Assembly: GCA_965153285.1 (NCBI GenBank)
Contig: OZ229115.1
Origin: Podarcis tiliguerta
Taxonomy: Eukaryota
DNA length: 64,000 nucleotides
Direction: 5' to 3' (one strand)
Below the pieces are notes generated by a model. The model made no database searches and was not told where the DNA came from. It saw nothing but the letters and a program-made list of their open reading frames with translations. Position 1 is the stretch's first letter. Each line of letters opens with the position of its first letter. Shown in pieces: positions 1 through 11,882 of this stretch. The translations under genes and the position numbers were made by a program.

Positions 1-172
1 CCACCTTGAAAAATTCCACCCAGCGGCTTCAGGTGGGGACAATGAGCTCTGGCTTCAGCACCCACCTCTTAGAAGCAGAAGGCGAAGTGCAGCTCATCCA
101 AGGGATCCTGGGAAACCCCCTCTTGACGGAGCAAGGGCTGGATCAGGTGGCCAATGCCATTGCTACGATCAG
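1..172 (+). CDS. LAMB3: Laminin beta-3 coding exon, 5'-truncated by the window edge (start of coiled coil)
   Basis: Frame from nt 3 reads TLKNSTQRLQ...ILGNPLLTEQGLDQVANAIATIR, matching recalled LAMB3 '[23 protein letters not shown]'. Donor AG|GTGAAC at 173, phase 2. Confidence 0.9.
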
Positions 173-269
173 GTGAACAGGAATTGCATTCTACTTACTG
201 GCAGCAAGCAAGCATTGTCCAAAGCATGCAGATAACAATCTCTGATGCTTTCAAGCAGTCTCTCTTCTA

Positions 270-350
270 CTTAATGGGTAGAGCATGAGATGCTTAATCT
301 CAGGGTTGCAGTTTCAAGCCCCACCTTGGGCTAAAGATTTCATTGCCGGG
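270..350 (+). mobile_element. Decayed tRNA-Lys(CTT)-derived SINE
   Basis: GGTAGAGCATGAGATGCTTAATCTCAGGGTTGCAGTTTCAAGCCCCACCTTGGGC resembles vertebrate tRNA-Lys-CTT but has broken stems. Same family as 34628-34765. Confidence 0.7.
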
Positions 351-608
351 GACCTAGAGAGGGGCCCTAGTTCCTTGCCAATCCTTCCTTGGGTGCCTCC
401 AGACTGCCACTGTTTTGTGAGAGGGATTCAAGTGCATATTGTAAATGGAGGTTTGTGAAGTTGGATTAAAGTGCTCTGTTGCTCTAGCGAGACAAATCCA
501 ACTCGAAAAAGAGTGGCTAGGAAAATGACAAGGAAATGTACTTAAAAATGTGGGTAAGACATATGAATGCCAGGCAACCAACCAGGATGAAGGCTCATTG
601 TTACATTA

Positions 609-967
609 AAAGGTAAAGGTACCCCTGCCCATACGGGCCAGTCTTGACAGACTCTAGGGTTGTGCGCCCACCTCACTTAAGAGGCCGAGGGCCAGCGCTG
701 TCCGAAGACACTTCCGGGTCACGTGGCCAGCGTGACAAAGCTGCATCTGGCAAGCCAGCGCAGCACACGAAACACCGTTTACCTTCCCGCCAGTAAGCGG
801 TCCCTATTTATCTACTTGCACCCGAGGGTGCTTTCGAACTGCTAGGTTGGCAGGTGCTGGGACCGAGCAACGGGAGCGCACCCTGCCGTGGGGATTCGAA
901 CCGCTGACCTTTCGATCGGCAAGCCCTAGGCGTTGAGGCTTTTACCCATAGCGCCACCCGCGTCCCG
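609..967 (-). mobile_element. Sauria SINE, full length
   Basis: Head GGGACGCGGGTGGCGCT, B box GGTTCGAATCC, (ACCTTT)n tail, 13-bp TSD cattgttacatta at 596-608 and 968-980. Confidence 0.92.
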
Positions 968-1634
968 CATTGTTACATTACTGCCCTGCAAACAAGATAG
1001 GAATGAATACTCAAGAAAGACCTCACATAGTCTAACCTCTGTGTAAACTTTGTGCAAACAAAGTGGAATGAATGTTCAATAAGCAGATCGTCTGCAGGAG
1101 CCCCTTGATTCACTGGCAGTCTATGAAGAAGTCAGTCTTTTAGTCTCTCATAGGGGCACAGAATACTAATGACATGCTTTCATTTGTTTCACAGTATAAA
1201 ATCTGTGAAACACTGTGCACATTCAAGGTGGTATCCAGCTGCCCATTCAGTGATTATATGTTTGAATCAATTGTTTTAATTACTTCATCCACTTCAGTCC
1301 TTGTCTGTTAATTATTATAAACTGCCCTGTGATCCTCAGATGGAGGGTTGTATAGAAAATTAGCAAACAAATAATAGTATTAAATTAAAATTCTGTTCTG
1401 TCCCTTACGTTACATTTGTTGTCCTACATTTGATACCAGTGGGTACTCGGCGGCTGATATATGAGTCAGAATCTTCAAGCTTTATTTCAAAGAAGTGCCA
1501 CTGATTTCATGGGCGTATGTTGGCATGAAGGTTTTAAGGGCAGTAATCACTGGATGAAAGAAAGAGAAAAATTACAAGATGTAGGCGGAAACCAAAACCA
1601 ACTATCCTGTTTTGTTTTGTTTTGTTAATTCCAG

Positions 1635-1795
1635 GCAGACCATTGAAGGTTTAAGACATGAAATACCTTTCAGGGATGAAGCATCCTCTTTATCCATAGA
1701 TATGGATAATCTTGATAGAAGCCTGATTCTGATCATCACTGAGTACCAAAACAAGAAGGCTCAGTTTGAAGCCAGCCGAAGCACAGATGTCTCAG
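1635..1795 (+). CDS. LAMB3: Laminin beta-3 coding exon
   Basis: Acceptor ttccag, donor G|GTATAA. Reads (R)QTIEGLRHEIPFRDEASSLSIDMDNLDRSL...FEASRSTDVS(G). Phases fit both neighbours. Confidence 0.93.
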
Positions 1796-2695
1796 GTATA
1801 ATACCTGTGTTTCAACCACTACATTCATCAGTTCATACATAAGCGGCTGTATCTCCTACTGTAAATACGGACAATTATCTGATTAATGGGCGGCTTTGCC
1901 ATATTGTGGATTTTGTGTCCTGCCTGAAAGAAATTGAAGAAGAGAGATCTTCAACTTAAGTCAGACTTTCGCAATCTTTCCCACTTCTTATTTTTCCTCT
2001 TCCAACCCTCGCCCCTTTGCATGTAAGAGTGGATCCAAGCACAGGAGCTTATATCAGAGACAACATTGCACCCTCACAAAAGCACATTTCCTAGTGACCC
2101 TCAGAGGAAGCTTTGGTCATTTGCACACAGCACTTTTGTTTTCAGCTGCTTAAAAATGGCAACCTACTGTGGATGGAATATATTTCTTCTTCTTTGCCCC
2201 TGTGTTAAAGGTGTTATGAAACCGGCCCCACCGCTCAGGGTGTGTAGCCTCATCCCACTAGCATATCTAGTAAACAGATTTTGCAGTGCTTCAAAGTAAC
2301 GTAACAACTCTACATCAAAAAGAATGACTTTCAGTTTGTGAATTGACCCCGGGCTCCAGTCTCGGGCAGATCTGCAAGGCGTTTCTAATTATTCTTCTCA
2401 CTCACATCACACAGCCTATAGTTCTTACCAGCAAAGTGCTGCTTTGAGGCTTTCCAGACACACCCCAGTGGTATTAGTAGGCCATTTCAAGAAATGTATG
2501 CTTTGTTTCTGTTCCTGCTTGGTGATCTAATTAGAAGTGTGCAGAACATCCTCCCCTCCAGGGAATTATCACCAGTCTGATTGAAACTTTTTTTTGCTTC
2601 CCTTGAAAATCACTGGATGTTTCCCTTGATTAGGAAGCTCCAAATTAGCTTCCGGATTTTGCTGTAGGTGAAGTGTGATGGCAACTCTGGATGTA

Positions 2696-2937
2696 AAGTG
2701 GTACCTCAGGTTAAGTACTTAATTCGTTCCGGAGGTCCGTTCTTAACCTGAAACTGTTCTTAACCTGAAGCACCACTTTAGCTAATGGGGCCTCCTGCTG
2801 CTGCCGCGCCACCAGAGCATGATTTCTGTTCTCATCCTGAAGCAAAGTTCTTAACCTGAAGCACTATTTCTGGGTTAGTGGAGTCTGTAACCTGAAGCAT
2901 ATGTAATCTGAAGCGTATGTAACCCGAGGTACCACTG
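2696..2937. mobile_element. Tc1/mariner-type MITE
   Basis: TIRs (c/a)agtggtacctc...gaggtaccactg, flanked by TA. Near-identical to 53359-53600. Confidence 0.88.
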
Positions 2938-3425
2938 TAATATATTTACTTTGGAAGGCTAAGGAGGATGCAGCACTGATCCTCCAGCACTTTCTCAAAC
3001 CTATATGTTCACTTACTGCAGTAGCTTCAGTTTTGCCTCCTTTTCTGAACCTTTTCTGAACCCTGATGGAAGGAAGGAGGTGTGTCGGACCACATACCTC
3101 AGCTTGCTGAGTTCTGATGTGAATCTTGGAGCTGCAGGTGGCAGAGGCACATCTCTACTATACCTTGTACAGTACAGCTTCGCTTTGTATAATACATTTT
3201 CAAAACAAAACACTAATGCAAGAGAAAAACAGCCATTAAGCAGTTTCATGTGAATGGCGATTGGCAAGTGCTTTTCAGCTGGTGTCCTTGTGATTCACTG
3301 CTCTGGCAGATCCTCCTTCCTCCTTTTTTCAAGGTAGAACTCTATACCAGGAGGCCTTGGAAAGGAAAGCTGCATTGTGAGTCACTAAGCCATCTAAACA
3401 TCATTTTTTCCCTTTGTTTCCCTAG

Positions 3426-3634
3426 GAGCATTCAAGACACTCAGCTCTGCGCATCAGACATCTTCCAATGCCAGCTTGCGCATAGCTGGCTCTTCCAGGC
3501 TGCTGGCCCAGTCTGTGGGAAACAGGCAGAGTGCTGAGGAGCTAGAGAGTGATCTTGCAAGCCATGGGTCGGGACTGGAGGCTCTGCAGGCTGAAATGGC
3601 CTTCTCTCCAAACTTGACTCCTGCCATTAATAAG
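3426..3634 (+). CDS. LAMB3: Laminin beta-3 coding exon
   Basis: Acceptor tttccctag, donor AAG|GTGAAG. Reads AFKTLSSAHQTS...EMAFSPNLTPAINK. Confidence 0.93.
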
Positions 3635-5014
3635 GTGAAGCCAGCAGTTAATCTCTGCCAAAGGTGCCACTGCATAGCATTGTTGCTCAATTTGCCTCAT
3701 AAATTGTTACCCAGTGAACACTGCTTCCTATTGTTCTGACTGCAGCCCAATAATGGCTGCAGACTAATGAGGCGGAAGGTTGTTTGGGGCCAAAGTCTGT
3801 TATTGTTATTGGGTTTTTTTATTCCTCTTTTCTGCAGTTCTACTATTGCCATGGAGACTGATGCCAGCATCTCCAGTTTCCATGAAAAATCACCCATCTA
3901 ATCTTGCTGCATTTCAGCGCAAGTGCTCTCAAATGAAATCTATGGGTGTGGAGGCATTGGGGATATCAGGAATCTCAACTGCCTCTGGATCTCTTTCTCT
4001 CCTGTGAACCCTACAGTTGTTCGTAGTTGGGGTGGGGAGAGGATGTCTGCTTTCTTCCTGGAGTAAGGGTGAAGGACCTCCAACCCAAATACCCAAGGCA
4101 GCACCCATTGACTCTCTGTCCCTTGAGACACTTTCCAGGCCATGTTCCTTCACCAGCCAAGAACTGCGCCCCTTGATGCTTTGGCCTGGCCTGCCTTTTG
4201 CTTGCCAGGATGGAGGAATATGTAGATATAGTGTGTGTGTAGAAATCTCTGGATTTTGTGTGACTGGAATGTAGTAAGAAAAGGTAGGGCTTACAACAGT
4301 TGCCCTGTCCATTTGTGGCTCCGTGGGGCTGCAAATGGTTTAGCTTGCTGCTGTGGCAGTGCTTTTAATCCCTTTCTGGGAAATTTTACTTAATAATTAT
4401 GAGAATCCAAAGCATTATTTGTGTATGAAGTATTAAAGCAGAACAGCAATGTTCAGCTCTCTCTTTGGGGCTGCCCTTGAGGTTGACCTGGAAACTGCAG
4501 CTAGTGTAAGATGTGGAGGCTGCTCTGGTCACCTTTTGCTATCATGTTACCCCGTTGCTGGAAGAATTGCACTGGCTGTCAATTAGCTGCAGGAAATTGG
4601 ATGGAATGGACTTAAGAATGAGCAGGTGCAAAACGGACACAGACTGGAAAAAAGTGACCCGCCCTCCTCCCTTCATGTATCATTGCGACTCCTTTTCCCC
4701 TTCCCCATCCCACCCCCACTGACTCCCAAGCAGTCCTTTGAGCTATCTGTGTGCCCCTCCCAGTGGAAAATGTCTTCTGGGTCATCTCCAACCAGCAGTG
4801 AGCTCTCTACATGTCAAGGGCCTTGGCCATCCCATAGAGCCTTCTTCTTTGATTGCCTTTTATGTTGTCGCCATTTGGGCATCTAAAGCTGGGTGCTGTG
4901 CATCAGCGGATGTGCTGTACCATAAGTGCATGAAGATAGTAGCTCCCTGAATCATTTTTGAGTTTTGTATTATTGAAGGCATAATTTAACTGATTGTGTG
5001 GCTTCTATGTTTAG

Positions 5015-5217
5015 ATTTGCAGTGGCATTAGGTCAGAGATTTGCAGCCCTGGAGAATGTCCTGGAGAAGTATGTCCACAGCAAAACACAACTGGATGTGG
5101 CCCTGGTCGGAGCTGTACTGGAGTGTTCTCACTTTCTGGAAGTTCCATCCAAACTGCCACGAAAACCTCCCAAGATATCCACAACTTAAATATCCGACTT
5201 CAGGAGACTACACAGAT

Positions 5218-5218
<1 letters not shown>
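5015..5218 (+). CDS. LAMB3: Laminin beta-3 exon encoding the 6-Cys beta knob (domain alpha)
   Basis: Acceptor tttag. Reads ICSGIRSEICSPGECPGEVCPQQNTTGCGPGRSCTGV...LQETTQM with six Cys, as in laminin beta chains. 204 nt, phase 0/0, donor ATG|GTGTGT. Confidence 0.93.

Positions 5219-5260
<42 letters not shown>
5219..5260 (+). repeat. (GT)21 microsatellite starting at a splice donor
   Basis: Read directly from the sequence. Confidence 0.97.
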
Positions 5261-5263
<3 letters not shown>

Positions 5264-6031
5264 AAGGAAAAGGAGAGCTCCTACCTTTGCTTTCTTGGGA
5301 GACAAAGAGTGAAAGCTCTTTTGCAATTGCCAAGGAAAATGTATGACTTGTGTTGTGTGGCTTTTTGTGAACATGTGAACATGTTTGTCACGACACCCTA
5401 CATCAAACAGCATTCCTTCAGTTTTAAACTCTGCCCAGGTAACTTTTCAGTTTGGGAGATCCACCTGGCGAATATTGCTTTGTGAGGGTGCCCTGTCTGA
5501 CAGGTACACTGCACAGGGCAGGGTGTCTTCCAGAAGTGATTGGACTCAGGCTTTCATCAGCCCTAGCCAGCCTCGTTAACATTCAGGGATAATTGGAGTT
5601 GTCATTGAGAAGCACCTGGAAGGCACCAGGTTGGCTGTCTCTGAACCAGCACAACAGCTGAAAGTGAAACATCCAAGAAGCATCTTGGGTGTGTCCTCTT
5701 CCTGAACAAAAATATGGTGTGTGGAGCAAATGAGAACCTGCTTGTGAATGTGCATAATGCATGTTGTTGTGATGCCATAGTGGGATTGTGCAGAAACAAA
5801 TATCTGTGTTCTGAGTGCCTGTTGGTTGTTGCAGAGAAGGCAATGGCACCATTCATTTTCTTCCTCAATGTCTACATTTTTCACTATAAAAACACATTTT
5901 TTTTGTTTCTGAAATACTAGGAAGCACTGGGTAATTAAGAAACAGGGAGATTGAAAGTATGGATGAATGACACTCTGGCACCAGTTTAGGATCTTAGAAA
6001 CTGACTCTGCCTTGCATGTTGTTTGACATAG

Positions 6032-6176
6032 ATCAGAGCTGCAGAAATAGCTGTTGGCCAAATTCAGACTAATGCCCAGAGCCTGGGAGACCAAATGACT
6101 TCAACTAGGGCCCAGATAGAGGGAGACATCCATCGCACCCAGCAGTTCATCTACCAGGTTCGCAACTTCCTGTCAG
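6032..6176 (+). CDS. LAMB3: Laminin beta-3 coding exon
   Basis: Acceptor catag, donor CAG|GTAAGT. Reads IRAAEIAVGQIQTNAQ...QQFIYQVRNFLS(D). Confidence 0.95.
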
Positions 6177-6326
6177 GTAAGTCTATGCATGAAACTTCTG
6201 TCTTTGATTACTTGCCATTACATTATCTTTAAAATGGTCAGCTTTCTCATAAAACACACCTACATGAAGCAAATGATCAAGTTCTATTCATTGGACCAAT
6301 TCATTGATTAAAAAGTTTCATGCTTA

Positions 6327-6684
6327 ATGTTAAAGAAAGTATATTTAACAAGACATAGGGAAATGTAAGGATAAATAAGACAATAATATTAATCTGAACC
6401 AAAGATACGCCAGAGGGAAAGAGTTTACTACCAGAATATAAGACCTAGAATACAGAGTGGGAAGGCATGGGGAAGTCGCAGACCCAAGTTAATGCTGAAG
6501 AATACAATGATACAATATTTGTTTTTAACTCTTTTATTCTTACCGTTTTCATTTTTCTTTTTGTTTTTGTATAATGTATGTATTGTTTCTCTTTTGCTTT
6601 TTTCCTTTTGATGTGTTTGTCGATTTGTTCTTTTTTTTTGTTTATTGAATGTGGAAAATAAAATATTATTTAAAAAAAATAAAA
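6327..6684 (+). mobile_element. 5'-truncated poly(A)-type retroposed insert (L1-like 3' end)
   Basis: Direct repeat taaaaagtttcatgctta at 6309-6326 and 6685-6702. TT/AAAA target site, T-rich stretch, AATAAA and an A-rich tail. Confidence 0.75.
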
Positions 6685-9600
6685 TAAAAAGTTTCATGCT
6701 TACAGGAATATGAGTAGTTCTAAAATGTATGCTAAGACCAGATAGATAGCAGCTAGCTGTTGCTGGGGAAAGGAAAAAACATTAGATAGCAGGCAAGACT
6801 TCCTCCAAGCCCTTCAGAGACAAATACAGCAGATGAAAAGCATACAGCAAATTTGCCGCTATTCGAGGATGGCTGTTACAAAACCATTCTTCCTGCTTGT
6901 ATTTTCCTTGCTCAATATCTTTTGTCGATTGGTCTGTGTCTCCTGCCCGCTGGTACGGAAATAGAATCCATTGTGCATCATAGTGGTTACGCACAAAAGC
7001 TTTATCCAAATGGTTATGAGCTGGACTACTTCCCAAGTTAGCCTTAAAACATGTGGGAGTTTACTTTTGAGTAAAGGGCATGTGGTAGAAAAGTTGTACT
7101 GGCAGTGCAGGAGTGCATTTAAGAGAAAGGATATGCCAGCCCAGGATCTAGTTGCAAAAGTTTGGTCAATGGGGGCCTTACCTTCAAATATATCGGTGGC
7201 ATTCTGACATTACAGTTTCACACAACTTCGGGCAAAGCAGGAGGGTTTGACTTGATGCGCTTTGAGGTTCCTACCAATTCTAGGATGCAAATGCTGACAG
7301 TAATTCAGTGAGGTAACTGTAGACAAAGAAGGGAGCCATGCATATTTTCCTAGGGAAGCTGTTCCAGGGATCTGGGACCATTACAGAGAAGAGTCTATCC
7401 CTGGCTCTTCCTTCCCACCCACCCCTGTTCCCCAGCAACACATAGGTGCTACTAACCAATCCCATGATAAGGAAGCTGATTTGGTGCCATGGCTTATTTT
7501 TTTGTTTGGAGGTGAACATTTTCACATTTGAGCTCCTGGGTGTATGAGAGTATCTGGAATTTGTGACCTGCTAATTTGTATTGTTTTGCTAGAAGTTCCT
7601 CTCCTGTCATCTCTAATTGACTTAGTGGTTCTTCAGTTGCCCACCCCTGAAAAAAATAAATTCAGACATGGGTATCTGCCCAGCATCTTCTTCAGGGGAG
7701 ACCAATGTGTAAAGAAGAAGAAGAAGATATTAACCACTAGTCCTACTCAGACTAGGCTCACTGAAGTTAATAGGCATGACTAACTTGAGTTCATTAACTT
7801 AATTGGGTCTAATCTGATTAGGCCTTAGTTGAATTCCTCAGGCTACAAACCTATGCCAGCTAACTTCAATAGGACTTATTCCTGAGTGGATACATATGGG
7901 ATTTCACTGTTAGGCTTTAGCCCTTGGGACTCTTACTTTAGAGTAAGCTCTGCTGAATACAATGGACTATATTTCTGAGTATTTAATCGTCCAATCATCT
8001 TCTTGGGTGATTTCTTCCTTATGCATTTTAACACATTTGCTTTTAAATTGCAGGCATTATTTAGCATGAAAATGTGCTCCTCAATCCTTTTTTTTAAAGT
8101 CATGCATTATCATTAGTTAATATTATTTTGCTAGAAGCCTATATATAACAACTTGCCTATTTGAATAGCGCTCTCTCTAAATCCCCATCTCTTGCTCGAG
8201 ACTTCTCCCTGAGCAGTGCACACTGACAAGCATGAAGGCTGTGATTTGACAAGTATCTAGGGGAGAATACTGAGAGGGTGGGATACTTTGGTTGTGAGAA
8301 TAAATCATGAAATGTTGAGACATCTCAGATGTGGCAGATGCAGAGAGTGATGGACCAGTTAACTCCTGCTGCTTTGAAAAATGTCTACATGTAGAGAGAA
8401 TAAGAAGTGCTGCTGACAGCTAGGGTGGCCAGATTCAAAAGGGGAATGTCTACACAACTGGAATGTTAACTCAGAACTCCTCCAGACAACCTGCTTATTT
8501 AGAATTCACCTGGATTTTCTTGCACAAAGCTTATGCAGAGGTTAGACTCTATGCAGTCTTTACTGAGCATTTGTTCTGATTTGCGTGTGAGATGGTTATA
8601 CAACATTGAGAATTTGTCCTGTGTTTATCCTGATTTGCTTGTGGGGTGTTTTTATAGCCTCCTGTTAATCGTTCATTCATCCCACCCTTTTCATTGCATT
8701 TCCTTCACTTTCCAAACTGCAAAGAGGCTGATTCTTTTATAAAGTCGATTTGTTGCACTAGGGTGACAGAGTGTGTTAATCCAATTGGATTGTGTGAACT
8801 TAAATGTACAGTATGCGCTTGAAACCTTCCCGCAAAATGGTGACAGTTTGATGTCCATGCCTAGTTTCCCCCTTAACTGTTAGCTTCTGACGCTTCCTGA
8901 ATTTCTTCTTAGCACCCTTATGTTCTCTCTTCAATCTGCTTGCTTGTTTTTTTGAACATTTCTGGCTTTGCTAATATAAGGAACCAGTGGGAACCTACAA
9001 CACATTTCCCCCCTAGTGTATCACCCACATCCTAACAGGAATGCTCCTTGTCAGTGCTTTGTACAGTCTAGAACAGGAACCCTTTGAGTGTTGGTTGGAG
9101 GTGGCAATGGACCTACTTTTTCTTTCCACCCTCCTCTCACTGTGCTATACAGTTGCAAACGAGTCAGGATTGATAAAGAGCTTGGAGGAGTATAAAATAG
9201 GATGGAGAGGGTCATTTCCTAATGCTGAGCTCAAGGATACTATAAACAGTTTGACACACCCACACAGGCCAATTCTCATTCTCTCCCTCCATTTCCCGGC
9301 CCATCAACATCCCATGGCTTAACTGGCCTCAGTTATGCCTTTAATTCCTAGACTCACACAAGCCCTGTTCAGGAGAAAAAGCCTTTGTGTGGTTCTAATA
9401 ATCACAGGAGAATGGAGCCATGTTCATTAGCCATGCTCCTTGCATTGTGTCCCCACTGCTCTCCAGGTGTCACAACTAGAAGGTCTGAATCTCAGAGTCT
9501 GCTTTATGCCTTTGGGCTCCTTGTATGATTTCAAACCCTGATCACACAGAGCTTTAGCCTGTGTCACATGTTGTGGAGGCGACATGTTGTGGAGGCTCCC

Positions 9601-9990
9601 TTCTCCAGATCCCTTCCTCCTCATATGATGGAGGCACAACACCTGAATAGGGCTGTGGCCTGCCTGAGTTCAGTTTCTTCAGATTGTTTTCTGAAATCCT
9701 GGGCGAATCCTGGATTTTACCATAGCCATGATTGGACAACAGTGTTTCCTTCCATCTCCAAGGAAAAAATAACAGTAAGGACAAGAGTTTGGAGTGAACA
9801 TAGGTGAAGATGAGATGTGTGTGTCTTTGCACCAATATTTGTCCTGTAATTTTATTTGGAAGAGCAGCAGATCTGGCTTTCCCTAGCGACCCAGTGTTTG
9901 ATTTGCTTCAAGGAAGCTTCTGGTTTGTTGAATAAGATATATACTCTCACTTGGCCTCGACTTGACTTTTTTCCACTCTTATCTTTGCAG

Positions 9991-10198
9991 ATCCAGATAC
10001 TGATGCTGCTACCATCCAGCAGGTCAGCGATTACGTCCTCTCCCTTCACCTTCCCGCTGACACTGCCACAGTCCTCAGGAAAATGAATGAGATTCAGAGC
10101 CTGGCAGCTAAGCTGCAGTGCCCTGAGACATTCATTTCCCAAACGGCTGGGGATGTTGCTAAGGCCAGACAGCTTCAGCAGCAGGCAGAAGAAGCCAG
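9991..10198 (+). CDS. LAMB3: Laminin beta-3 coding exon
   Basis: Acceptor ctttgcag, donor CAG|GTAAAG. Reads [35 protein letters not shown]...QAEEA(R). Confidence 0.96.
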
Positions 10199-10530
10199 GT
10201 AAAGAGGCCTTTAGTACTGTTGGATCATGTAAGGAGAGTGATGGAACCTGTTTGTAGATATTATTCAGAAGAAAGGTCCTGCCCTATAGCTAGTACAAGA
10301 TTCTTTGCCTTCTTGAGGCTTCCTGGGGACATGTGCGCAAAACCTCAAGTTTTTAAACCAATGCAAATAAGACACTATATATGTAATGTGGTTTCATTTA
10401 GCACCCACTGAGATCTGTTGGTAGAAGCATGCCAGCCACATCATTGAAGCATCACCCCACTCTATTGGTTGAATACAGGAACATTGCTCCCCTTTCTGGA
10501 CAGACATTAACCTTGCATCCAATCCACCTA

Positions 10531-10806
10531 CACTAGTGGCCAAAATTGTGGAAACCTGTTGGAAAAAGTGTATTTCCGAGGTTTGGTGGCTCTCATAACA
10601 CCACTTTCTTTTAGAGTAATACCATAAAATTATATATCGATGGAAAGATAATTTAATGAAGAATGTAATGCAACAAAGTTTGTTCAATTTTCTCTATTCT
10701 ATCAAAGGTTATATAGCCAAATAACCAAAAAAAGGTGGTGTTATGAGCCACCAGAGCTCAGAATTACACTTTCCCCAAAAGGTTTCCACAATTTTGGCAA
10801 CTAGTG
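10531..10806. mobile_element. Tc1-like MITE with long TIRs
   Basis: cactagtggccaaaattgtggaaacc ... ggtttccacaattttggcaactagtg. Imperfect inverted symmetry extends about 70 bp, with TA on the left side. Confidence 0.82.
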
Positions 10807-11376
10807 TCCTTGGGTTTAGTGCTTGCTGTAGCAGCATGGGGAGGTAGCTCCGAGTTCGTATTCTTCACTTAATTGCTGCTGTTGTTACTATGTGCACATT
10901 TTTTGTATTTGCACTGAATTATTTGTATAGGATTCCCCCCCTAAACTTTTCAATTACTTGGGTGGGGTCAGAGGCAGCTGAGTGAGGCACAGTGACTTGC
11001 TTCAGTGAAACTTATCCCCAGCCAGATCCAGTGAGTTAAAGGTGGTCAGTCGCCCACTTCCTCGTCCTTTTTGATGTCTCTTGGCAGCAGGGAGGCTATG
11101 CTGAGAGTATCCCTGCAAGTGTGGAAGGTTAGCATCTTGCAGAAACTTGTCCTTGGAATGGAGATGGGAGCCAAGGATTTCCTGGATGACAGATCATATA
11201 TTGTAGCTGGTGTATATTACGTTATTAGCTCTCACCACGCTATCATAAAGTGATGGGATCTTTTACGCTGGCAACATTTTTCACTAGCACTCACTTCAGT
11301 AACCACTTAAGATTCTGAATTAAAGTTTGCTGGCTTATCTTGCTTGAACGCAGCTCAAGGTTTTGTCCCTGCTGCA

Positions 11377-11378
<2 letters not shown>

Positions 11379-11451
<73 letters not shown>
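11379..11451. repeat. (TA)n/(CA)n compound microsatellite
   Basis: Read directly from the sequence. Confidence 0.95.
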
Positions 11452-11452
<1 letters not shown>

Positions 11453-11740
11453 ATACGTCCAAAGCACCTCCAAGCATAATGGGAACTGTAGTTTACCTCT
11501 CACAGAGCCACACTTCCCAGCACTCTAAACAAACTACAGTTCCCAGGATCCTTTGAGAGTAAAATGTGCTTTAGATGTATGGTGTGGATGCCACTTTTAT
11601 TTATAGATGCTTGTTGTAGTCCATCCTCTCTGTCACTTCCCACTTCTTACTGGCCCAGTCTGTCTGTTTTTCATGTAGCAATATGTGATGGGAATTCAGA
11701 GGGGTTCTTTTTAATAAATATATATTTAACATTTTCCTAG

Positions 11741-11882
11741 GAATCGGGCCAATGCTATTGGGGCCAATGTGGAAGATGTGGTGGAGAATTTGAAGCAAGC
11801 AAACACAGCACTTCAGGAGGCCGAGGACACCATCAGTGGCTCTGGCTATTCCCTCCGGCTCATTCAAGACCGCCTTAATGAG
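11741..11882 (+). CDS. LAMB3: Laminin beta-3 coding exon with non-canonical GC donor
   Basis: Acceptor tttcctag. Reads [19 protein letters not shown]...[11 protein letters not shown]. The expected phase-0 boundary is GAG|GCAAGT. Confidence 0.9.

Noticed and set aside
270-350. Functional tRNA-Lys gene (also 34695-34765)
   Set aside because: The stems and B box are degenerate and the sequence runs into a retroposon-type tail, so these are SINE heads.
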